Source of the DNA: the human T2T-CHM13v2.0 reference genome, Homo sapiens
NCBI RefSeq assembly: GCF_009914755.1
Contig: NC_060944.1
Direction: 5' to 3' (one strand)
Length of the DNA stretch: 64,000 nucleotides
Both the position numbers and the translations under genes were made by a program. Below the pieces are notes generated by a model. The model was given only the letters and a program-made list of their open reading frames with translations. It did no database searches and was not told the origin of the DNA. Shown in pieces: positions 53,172-64,000 of the stretch (its first letter is position 1; every line of letters starts with the position of its first letter).

Positions 53172-53455
53172 AACCGGGTGAGACAGCTCACACCTGTAAT
53201 CCCAGAACTTCGGGAGACTGAAGTGGGAGGATTGCTTGAGCCCAGGAGTTCAAGACCAGCCTGGGCAAAAATAAAATAAAAAAATAAAAATTACCCAGGT
53301 GTGGTAGCACATGCCTGTAGTCCCAGCTAATTGGGAGGCTGAGATGGGATGGGAGGATCCCTTGAGCCTGGGAGTTCAGAGCTGCAGTGAGGTATGATGG
53401 TGCCAGTACGTTCCAGCCTGCGTGACAGAATAGGACCTGTCTCTAAAAAAGTAAA
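53172..53455 (+). mobile_element. Alu (AluJ-like), internally deleted
   Basis: GGAGGATTGCTTGAGCCCAGGAGTTCAAGACCAGCCTGGGCAA. Confidence 0.92.
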
Positions 53456-54574
53456 ATCTTATATTTTGTAAGAGGTAAATATCACAGTGAGATTGGTGAA
53501 TAAAGGCAAATAAAGAAAATACCTCTTTTATAGAATAGTGATTTAACACTTTACAGACTGTGAATGAGAGACTGTATTTAAGAAACAAGCAACAAGCAAT
53601 GATAAGAGAAAAAAGGCAGAGAATTAGCTGATGTGAGGTTTCAAGTACTGGAGAGTCCAAGGGGGTCTTAGTGTTGTGACCAATTCACAAACTCCCTTGG
53701 CCATTCCCCAGGGAGAAATATTCCTGATCCCTTTTAACATTATGCTTTTATTTGCATGTATCATCTTTTTATATGAACTTTGTTTTGCAGTGTTAGTTGA
53801 TAAGTCTCATCTTTGTAATTGACAATTGTTTTTATCTCCTGTATTGTATTTTAAAAAGTTTATTATGAAGTGTTTATATTACTTATAAGGAAATAAAATA
53901 GTTACATTGAAGATTGCCCAGGAAATACATTTCATTTTAAACCTTTTCAAATAGATGCATTGTAATGTTAAGCCTGGCCCCATTAATTTATTTCAAGGGA
54001 TGTTCTCTGAATGCCTGAAATACGCTTGACTCCATCAATTCACCAGGCGTGTCTCTTGATGGCAATTCTGCTTTCAGACCAATGAGAACACCGTGATCCA
54101 GTTTAGCTGCCTTCTGAAGCAATTGCTAGTTTTAATATAATAAAAATAAAACAATAGGATGTGTATTGTTCTACCTGTGAAACTGTCATTTTTCCACTAA
54201 AATTACAAAATGCAACATACAATTCATAAAACTAAAAACTTATTTTTAATGAAATAAGAAGCAGTTTATTAAGGTATATTATACTCTCTGATTTTATGCT
54301 TGGTATGGAACTTAATGAATGTGTGTGGTAAGAAGTAAAAATGGATTAGTTGTGTGTTTTTTTTCAAACCACTTGTTCCACATTTTTTAATTTCATTTTC
54401 TTCACCTAAAGTAGAGAATAAAATAGTGTGTTATTTTTCCAATGTATAACTTGGCAATTTAGATATAACTCGTAATGAGGGATATTCCTACTAGACAATC
54501 AAATATAAGAATCTCTTTATATATGTATATGAATGCACACATGCATATATGAATAAGGGCTTATATCTTTTATT

Positions 54575-55330
54575 CTTCTTAGAGGTTCATGGCATAAAAT
54601 TTAGAAACTAGAGACCAACATAAGGAGAAAATAAAAGGATGTGTATTTTTACCACCCAGCCATAGCCCTATTGATATTTGTGGGACTACCTTCCAGTGTC
54701 TCGTGTCTGTCTCTATATGCGTATACACATATAATTATAGTTCAGTCCTTTATTTCTCAGTTTATATTTGTTGCTTGTCTACTATGTGCCAGGCACAATA
54801 TGAGGCAATAGGGACATGACAGTGACCAGAACCATCCCCTCTTTCCCTGAAGTTTACTTTGTTGGGGGAGACAGGCATTAACCTAAGGTCACTATGTGTC
54901 TAGTAGTAATGAGCACTGTGAAGAAGATTAAGACCAGAAAAGGGGACAAATTTGTGTGTGTGTGTATGCATGTATATGTGTGTGTGTAAAAGTAAAGACA
55001 GTAATGGGATTGTACTATCCATACTTTTTATAACTTGCATTTTTAAATAAAAACAATATTAATATTTTTATTTCACTAAATATACTTCTAAGCAAGTGTT
55101 ATTTTGAATGCTATACTCTACTTTTCTATAAACGAATTAAGTTTATTTAACAAGTTGTCTAATATTGTAAACATTGTTTACTTTTAAAAATTGCTATTTT
55201 AAGTATTGCTGTAAGGAATGTCATTCACTGAAGACACGTGTTTTTACACATCCCTAGAATAAATTCCTAGTAGCAGAAGTACTGGGTCAAAGAATGATCA
55301 TGTGAAGGCTCTTGATGTGTGTTTGATATG
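54575..55330 (-). mobile_element. L1ME-like 3' fragments with an internal L2a fragment (~54740-54945)
   Basis: CTACTATGTGCCAGGCAC (L2); AAATTCCTAGTAGCAGAAGTACTGGGTCAAAG (L1M). Confidence 0.6.
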
Positions 55331-56107
55331 TTTTAAAATGTTATATGGCTCCTTCATGACTCAATTTGTTTTCCTTCCCCTAGTCCCCTTCACTCTTCCT
55401 TCCATATTTTAAGTTTTAAATCTAAGCAAAAGTAGATCGTATACTTCATATTTAAAGAACTCTTTAACATGTTACCATGATAACATATTACTTTGGTAGT
55501 GAATTTTGTGTTTTGTTTCTGAAGTCAGATTCTTATTGTGAGTGAGAGGGCTAATGCACTTATAATATAATTGCATCATTGCACAAGCTAACAAAGTCCT
55601 ATTGTTGCTTACAAAGTTGGTATGGAATGAAGGAAAAAATACATTAAGCACAACAAACCAGCAGCAGCCTTGGAAATGCAAGAGATTCAGAGCAAGTTTT
55701 AACATGTCATTTCATTTGCTTTTTTTTTTTTTTTTTTTGAGGTCTGAAAAAAGTCTAAGAATACTGAACTGCATCACAAAGGAAGCATTCAGTCTTGAGA
55801 GAAAACCATTTTAGCTTGCCTTATGATAGATTTTTCTATTCCAGCAAAATAAAATAAAATGCCCTACTTTGCTGTCACTTTCCACTGGTTTTCTTTCAGT
55901 TGACATTACCTGTAATACTAACAGTCATAAGTCACATACTTACATAGCATATCCTCTGTGCCAGATACTGTATTTCCTCATTTTAAAGCTAGATGGGAAT
56001 TACTTTCCACAAAAGAGAGTGGACGTTTTACCACCAAGGCACTAGAGGTTTAGTAGCTCTAACCCTTTTCAGAAATCATAGACAGAAGTAGAAGGGCGGT
56101 GTTAAAG

Positions 56108-56270
56108 CAATGCTCATTGAACTCTAAGGTGTGCACAAATCACCCGAGTATCTTGTTAAAATGCAGCTTCCCAGGCAGCAGGTCCGGGAGCCTGAGACTC
56201 TGCATTTCTAACAAACTCCTAGGGAAAGCCATTTCTCTTGGTTCAAGGAACACGCCTCACATAGGAGGCG
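56108..56270. mobile_element. MER5A-like
   Basis: AATCACCCGAGTATCTTGTTAAAATGCAG...CTGAGACTCTGCATTTCTAACAA. Confidence 0.8.
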
Positions 56271-56583
56271 TGAGGTACTTCATACTGCTCATCCTGAAAG
56301 CCACCTCTGTGATAAAATAATAGATGATTAAAAATTTCTTATTTTTATTTTTATGTATCTTCCAAGTTTTCATCAGTGATCATATATTAGTCTTATAATG
56401 AGAAAAAAAGTGAATAAATTGATTTTTTAAGTAGAGTAGTCCCTTTCCCCAGATTTCTATGGATGGTTTTCCTTGGGCCTCTCTTTGAAGATCTTTGAGG
56501 TAGGTCTTTGAGTGGGTTGTTAGACACTTCAGGTGCCCTGCCCATACTACTCAACATTTAACTTTTAAAAAAAACGGTGGTAA

Positions 56584-56926
<343 letters not shown>

Positions 56927-56939
56927 CATATTTTTGATG

Positions 56940-57343
56940 TGATATAGTTTGGATGTTTGTCCCCTCCAAATCTCATGTTGAAATGTAATCCCCATTGTTG
57001 GAGGTGGGGCCTGGTGGGAGATGTTTGGATCATGGGCACGGATCCCTCATGAATGGCTTAGCGCTATCCTCTTGGATGAGGGGTTCTTTCTCTAGTAGTT
57101 TACATGAGATCCGGTTGTTTAAAAGAGTGTGGTATGTCCCCTCTTCTCTCTCTCTCAGTCCCACTCTTTCCATGTGACACCACCTGCTCCCTCTTGATTG
57201 TAAACTTCCCGAGGCCCTTACCAGAAGCTTATGCTGGAGCCATGCTTGTACAACCTGCAGAACTATGAGCCAATTAAACCTTTCTTTATAAATTACCCAA
57301 CTTCAGGCATTTCTTTGTAGAGATACCAAAATGGACTAACACA
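56940..57343 (+). mobile_element. MaLR solo LTR (MSTB-like)
   Basis: TGATATAGTTTGGATGTTTGTCCCCTCCAAATCTCATGTTGAAATG...AATTAAACC...GGACTAACACA. Confidence 0.92.
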
Positions 57344-57355
57344 CCATCTTAACCA

Positions 57356-57627
57356 TTTTTTTAAATTAGTTTTTGAAATAGAATCTCACTCTGTCACCCA
57401 GGCTGGAGTGCAGTGGCGCAGTCTTGGCTCACTGCATCCTCTGCCTCCCAAGTTGCTGGAATTACAGGAGTGTACCTCCATGCCCAGCTAATTTTTGTAT
57501 TTTTAGTAGAAACGGGGTTTCGCCTTATTGACCAGGCTGGTCTCCAACTCTTGACCTCAAGTGATCCACCCACTGCCTTGGCCTCCTAAAGTGCTGGGAT
57601 TACAGGCGTGAGCCACCGCACCCAGCC
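57356..57627 (-). mobile_element. Alu with internal deletion
   Basis: Antisense Alu; TSD TCTTAACCATTTTTT. Confidence 0.95.
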
Positions 57628-58105
57628 AGTCTTAACCATTTTTTAAGTGAACAGTTAAGTGACATTAAGTACATTCACAGAATTGCACAACCATCATTAC
57701 TATTCATCTCCAGAACTTTTTCATTTGCAAAACTGAAACTCTATATCCATTGAACAGAAACCTCCATTCCTCCCTCCCCCAGCTCCTGGCAACCACCATT
57801 CTATTTTCTGTCTCTGCAAAATTGACTACTCTAGGTTCCCCATATAAGTGGAGTCATATAGTATTTATCCTGTTGTGTCTGGCTTATTTCACTTAGAATG
57901 ATGTGCTCAAGGTTCATCCATATGGTAGTATGTGTCAGAATTTCCTTGTGTTTTAAGGCTGAATACTGTTCCATTATATGTGTATACCACATTTTGTTGA
58001 TCCCTCATCCATCAATGGACACTTGGGTTGCTTCCACCTTTTGGCTATTGTGAATAATGCTGGTATGAACATGGATGTGCAAATCTCTCTTCACATCCCT
58101 GCTTT
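57628..58105 (-). mobile_element. L1MB-like 3' end (host of the neighbouring Alu/MST insertions)
   Basis: CATTAAGTACATTCACA...CCCCAGCTCCTGGCAACCACCATTCTA...GGCTATTGTGAATAATGCTG. Confidence 0.9.
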
Positions 58106-58109
58106 GGTA

Positions 58110-58505
58110 CTTAGCATTTTTATGCCCAATTTCCAACTGCCTGCATCTGTGTCTTCTTACCTGAGGGTGTCTTCTGACCACCTGCTGTACTCACATATGG
58201 GCCGAAAAGTCAGTCCCCCTCCCACCAATTAGGATAGAAATTGGTGTATAACTATACCAGGTCCCTTGCTTCTGGGGTGGAATAACTGGATAAGTGTATT
58301 CTTCACATTTCCCCGAGTTCCCCAGTGGGATCAGACCGCAGTTACCCTTGGTGGTAATCTGCTTGATATCACATTCTATACTGGCTTCCTTCCCTGGTTC
58401 ACTTTTCCTCAGTCACCTTGTGTTTCCTGGAATATTTCCTCCCAAATAAACTTCTTGTTCTCAAATACTGACTTAAGGTATGCCTAAAGGAGAACACATC
58501 TAAGG
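58110..58505 (+). mobile_element. ERVL LTR (LTR16-like)
   Basis: CTCCCAAATAAACTTCTTGTTCTCAAAT...GGAGAACACATCTAAG 3' end. Confidence 0.7.
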
Positions 58506-60179
58506 GAGTTAAAAAGGTGCACTGTGAATATCTATTTACACCCAGGGATACTCTCTTTTTGGAGAGCAACAGTGAGATTTCAATATGTGTGGTGGATTCT
58601 TAGTTGGGGGTACATCTGCCTTCCCACCCCATTCAAGTGATGTTCCGAATAAAATTAAATCTGTTCATATGAGCATTTAAACCTTGTTGTAACATTTTAT
58701 ACACATGTTTTCAAAACTCTATTTTTGCTTCGTTTCTAACTCAACAACTTATTCTCCCAATTTAATTACCATACATGGAGCTGGATCCCGAAGAAAGAAG
58801 AAAAACAGCTCTACAAACAAATAGGTCTTTTGTTGGATAGGATAGTTGTTTTCTATATATAGATTCTTGTTTCTTCCTTTTGCTACCATGTTTAGCCTCT
58901 GGGGCTTCTCTTGGTTGTATCTAGTTTGTTGTTCTTGGCTCATTTTGGCATTCTCTGTGTATTGTATTTTTAATATTAAATTATGTATTTAGCAGCAAGC
59001 TTAGAAACAGATGAAGTTTCTTGTACTAGAGCTGCTACTCAAGATGAAAATGCAATGCAGCCGACAATGTAAGTCAGAGCTGTGCTTCAGTGTCTTTGGG
59101 GGTGTCTGGCTTCTAGGGAGGTGTGAAGTTCCATTGATCTTTGGGAGCTGTTAATGTAGGAGATTAGTTTAAGTATTTACACACCAACCTTATTTAAGGC
59201 AGCTACTGCAGAAACTCAGTAAACCATTTCAAAGGGAAAATGTGTGCCTTTCTAAAAACTGCAGCCAGCTTCCACACTCCCCACACCAAAAATAAATCTT
59301 TTAATTGTGTATGATGCAGTAGATGCATGCATACTTCAAAAGTCTGCCTAGATCTTCCTCTTCTGAATTTAAAAGATAAATTACTCTAATTGCTGTGTCG
59401 TCTAGCTGGTTTATAGTAAATGAATAACTTTCAACGTAGAAAGCAGTTACAGCTACAGAAAATAGACAGTAATGTCACTGCAAGTGTTTCCTCTTTAAAG
59501 TCATTGAAAGAGTATCATAGCAGATGTTTTCTGTTTTGGACTGTTTTCCCATGAAACCCATGGATGACGTTTGCACATGATAATTTATCTCCTTAAGTTA
59601 GGAACAAACTTATCTGATTTCATATACTGGAGGTTGGAAATCCTTTTTGTTAACTTAGCACAGTGGTAACTGGAAAAAATAAGCTTTTTAAAAAGTAGGA
59701 TGAATTGAAGTTGTGATCAGATAAGCAAGAAGTAATATGAAGCCCAAGCAAAGCAAACTTAGTCATTGTTTCTCTGTGCCAACACAGACCATCATATTCA
59801 TTATGTCCATCAAAATAGGGGAGGTCTAATTTAGACAGATAAAATGAAGTCCATTCTTCTTTGTGAAAGGAATCGGAGAGTTTCCTGGGAAAACAGCTCA
59901 GCCTCTCTAAGCCTCTTGCATGTCCATGGGCCTCATGGCCAGCATGTAACAGCATCATGTGAAGTTACATTGCATGCTTAGGGGTGGTACTAATAGCATA
60001 ACTTGACTCTTTTTTTTTAATTCAAGGAGCAATAACTGACTTTCTACTCTGGGCCAGATCTGCTCTGTTCTGAAGATACCTGAGAATGATCAGTTCTTTC
60101 TGTTTAGCTAGTAATCTTTCGGTACATCTATTGCCCCATCAATTGATTTATCAACCAATTGACTAACTGATCGATCAAT

Positions 60180-60268
60180 CTCTCTTCCCTCTTTCTCTCC
60201 CTTTTTCCTTCCTTCCCTCCTTCTTTCCTTCCTTCCTTGCTTCCTTCCTTCTTTTCCTCCCTCCTTCT
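60180..60268. repeat. (CTTC/CCCT)n polypyrimidine repeat
   Basis: Read directly. Confidence 0.9.
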
Positions 60269-60624
60269 GAAACAAAATATTAAGCTAAAGCTAGAGTCAG
60301 GCAGCTTCCTGAAAGTTGAGCTCTGAATCTTACCTTGGGTCCTCAGTAATAAGATATTATTGGATCTCTGTGACTGGTAATAACTTTACTAGTTGAAGGA
60401 ATGAGATTGGCTCCTTTGAGTGCAGTTGGTGGTTAAGGGCATAGCCTCTGTATCAGAGTGCTTCTGTTTGGCCCAGGAAGGGACTAACGTGTATGGTGGT
60501 TGCAGTTTTAATTTGATATAGATTGATTCATATATGTAGTCACTGATTTTTAATAAATCTGTTGGTTCGTAGTTCAAAAAGTCTGGGCAAAAGAATCTGG
60601 TTTACAAGGAAATCCTGTTCCAAC

Positions 60625-61098
60625 CATGGTAGACTGTTACATTTGGTGACCCTGCTGAACTCTGCCTCCTATCACTCATGCCCTTGTCTATTATATTCCT
60701 CATTGACTCTAGACTTGGCCATATAACTTCCTTTGGTTGATGGGACATTAGTAAAAATGATACAAGCAGAGGCTTGATAATCATTTGGGCTTGTTTTCTT
60801 GGAATGCTGCTTCTTGGAAGCCAACCTTGATGCTACATAAATGTTTGGACTAGACTATTAAGTGATTGGCCACATCGATAGAGACCCTGAATGATGAGAG
60901 GCCGTCTCGCATGTTCCAGCCCCAGTCAAACTCCCAACTGACTGCAGTCTATTGAGTGACCTCAGCTACACCATTTACAACAGAAGAACTGCCCAGCTGA
61001 GCACAGCCAACTTAATGAATTGTGAGGAATAATTTATTGTTGTTTTAAATTACTAAGTTTTACAGTAGTTAGTTACAAAGCAATAGATAACTAAAACC
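60625..61098 (+). mobile_element. MaLR LTR (MLT1G/H-like)
   Basis: CTTGGCCATATAACTT...GAACTGCCCAGCTGAGC...GCAATAGATAACTAAAAC. Confidence 0.8.
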
Positions 61099-61224
61099 AT
61101 GTCCTACTTTACATGGTCTGTGCAAAAGGACAAAGGGGACCTTGTGTATGTTGTGGCTCATAGAAGACTGCATTTCATAATGCTATAGTGCCATTAAGAG
61201 CATAGTCAGCAAGGGCACAATGTT

Positions 61225-61248
61225 TGTGTGTGTGTGTGTGTGTGTGTG
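61225..61248. repeat. (TG)12 microsatellite
   Basis: Read directly. Confidence 0.95.
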
Positions 61249-61741
61249 GTTGTTAAATTGTGAGATCACTGCTTCTACCTTTGCAACTGAATGTCATGCA
61301 GTATTTTTATTTCCACATAGTTATACTTAAGGAAGCTACCTTTAAGAGTAATAGCTCTTTTATTCATTCAGGTTGTGAAAGACACTGAGAATTATGAAGA
61401 AAAGAGCAGTGACTCCAAGTCCTACAACCTAGAGTCCAACTTTAGGAAGTTTTCATATTGTAAAGATGGTTAACATAATGAAAAACTATACTTGATTCTT
61501 ATTCATAAGCCTGGTGAATAAATTAGTAAATTAGATCCAGTTGAGAGTGCTGACACTCTTGATATCCTTATAAAAGTGCTTGTAAGCATGGACACAGATA
61601 TGTGGATTCTTCTATTGGATTTTTCGTTTGCGATGCCCACCACTGCATTTCATTCTCTACATTGCAATCAGATTGCTTTTTCTAAACGGCAAATTTCTGA
61701 CTTATTTCTGCCTATACAATAGCTCCTCACTGCCTCTAGGG

Positions 61742-61979
61742 CAATGGTTCTCAACTAAGGGCAGTTTTGCTTCTAGGGGCATCTGACATTGGAGACATTA
61801 TTGACTATACTTGGGCACTACTGTACTATATTGTAGTGACTAAAATAGAGATGCTACTATTTTCTAGTGAGTAGAAGCCAGGGATGCTGCTAACCATCCC
61901 ACAATGCCCAGGACCACCCCCCGACAACAAGGAATTAACCAGCCCAAAATGTCAGTAGTGCCTCTGTTGAGAAACACTG
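61742..61979. mobile_element. MER20 (hAT-Charlie)
   Basis: CAATGGTTCTCAAC...GTTGAGAAACACTG TIRs; 8-bp TSD CTCTAGGG / CTGTAGGG. Confidence 0.92.
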
Positions 61980-62208
61980 CTGTAGGGTAAGGCCCTAACT
62001 CCTAGCTGATGCTTCCCTTTCTAATTTCATACCTCTGACCTTTGGCTCATACTTGTCATGTATGCTTCTTATGCAGCAGCAAACTACTTCCTATTTTGAT
62101 ATCTTCTTACCTTTAGGTCTTTGCTTATGTTGTTCTCATAGTCTGTGGGTTTTATCATTGTGCTTTGTGCATACTTCTGTTTTTCTGATCACACTGAGTT
62201 GCAATTAC

Positions 62209-62507
<299 letters not shown>

Positions 62508-63023
62508 TGCAATTACTTTTTAAAATCTGTTGTCCCTACAAGCTTGTGAGTTCAGGGTGAGCTAGCACCAGGCTACATGGCTAGGAAGTATTTGATGGAA
62601 AGAATGAATGTTTGCGTGAGACCACTACCGGAAAAGGGGCTGAAGCTGCATAAGTGGATAGCTGACCCACCCTCAGCGAGCTTTCCTCACATTGGGTGAA
62701 TCATTCCCATGGAGGCACTGTGGACAGCAGCTCTCCCTGTGCACATGATTTTAATGCCACTTCACAGTGGTTCTTCCTCTGTCTTTTTGTGTTTTAAACC
62801 TTTAGGAGACATCAGTGTCAACTCCAGGTGGGCTTCACAATACTCCAGGTAGCTTTGAGAGACAACGTAAGACATGCAAAGAGTGTGAAGACAAAGCTTT
62901 GTGCCTCAAATGTCCTACTGTAAAGACCAGGGCAGGGGAGAATTTTTGAGAAATGAAGGACTGGTTCAAGGCACTGTCTTTTGCCCCAAGGCGGCATTAA
63001 CATTAATTTAGCATAATATAGAC

Positions 63024-63190
63024 CAGTTATTCTCAATCTTGCCTGCACATCAGTATCATCTGGGTTCCTCAAAAAATACCATTGTTGGTGTCCAGCCCCA
63101 AGAGCTATTGGTATAATTGGTCTTCCTGAGTTTCAGAATTTTTAAGTTTCCCACATGTTTCTGTTATGCATCCAACTTTGAGGACAACTG
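63024..63190. mobile_element. MER5B-like
   Basis: CAGTTATTCTCAA...TTGAGGACAACTG; 8-bp TSD ATATAGAC / ATATAGAA. Confidence 0.85.
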
Positions 63191-64000
63191 ATATAGAAAG
63201 TAGATTATAGATCTTCAAGTTAACATTTCCACAGTAATTTACTATTTTCCTTCTTGGTAATGTACTGTTACTTAATAATTTTATAATTTTTAGCATAAGT
63301 AATAAATTAGTACTTCTAACTTCATTCAAATTTATAATTGCATTAATTTAATTAATATGTAACTTTTTGGTAAATGACATTGTATAACCCCATTTTTTTT
63401 AATATCCTTCTCCCTCTTGGCCCTGAAACTCAGAAGAAATATCATCAAGAAGCAGCTGACCCGTCTTCATGTTGGTGGAAGTTGGAAGGAAGCCATTTTT
63501 TAGATAGTGTGCCCAGAAAGACACAAAATTAGAACTTTCCTTTTGGTTCCTGTTCTGCCTCCCGTTTCCAATACCCACAGTTCTGTTTGCCTAAGAGAAA
63601 AAGTAGGAGCATCCCCCATGATCCCAGAAAGTCCTTCTCAGAGGCTAATTGTTACTTTTTATGTTTTTTATTTGATAACCAATGTTATACTTGTTATGAA
63701 TGTGCTAGTTAGGAAGAAAAGTGAAAGAGCTGTCTAATTTATTCTACTCATCTTCCCTATTTGGTGGTTGGAATGAATTTTGGCATTATTTTAAATAGGA
63801 AAGCTAGAAATCGTAGTTTTATTCATTCCATGACACTGTATGTCAAGCACCAATTTTTTTTAAAGTTTATGAAAATTTGGGATCCAATGACTTTTGCCAT
63901 TGAGTAGGTAAGCACTGCTGTAGAATGGCTCCTTTTGGCAGAAGATAATAGCTTTCAAGGCAAGAATTATAATCATTTAAGCTGTAGAATTTTAGATTAC

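Overview
This is AT-rich primate (human-like) genomic DNA, densely covered by transposon remnants: 16 Alu copies or fragments, two young L1PA 3' ends, old L1M, L2 and MIR fragments, MaLR/ERVL LTRs, hAT MER elements and one MADE1. No ORF in the track is credible as a protein-coding gene. Most Alus (11 of 16) and most L1 pieces lie on the minus strand. Together with one clean 56-nt exon-like segment (25233-25288), this suggests the window is intronic sequence of a + strand gene, which I cannot name. I found no evidence for a new multi-gene system. The most notable structures are: (1) a non-transposon 142-bp inverted duplication (135/142 identical) around a TA/TG microsatellite at 27426-27872; (2) a twin-primed L1PA2 insertion carrying a ~106-nt 3' transduction at 47050-47396; (3) a ~130-bp dispersed local direct duplication (1986-2116 and 3239-3378); (4) a tailless, 3'-truncated Alu with a 16-bp target-site duplication (TSD); (5) a miR-548-like MADE1 hairpin. 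Repeat subfamily names come from recalled consensus sequences, not a database search, and boundaries of old repeats are approximate.
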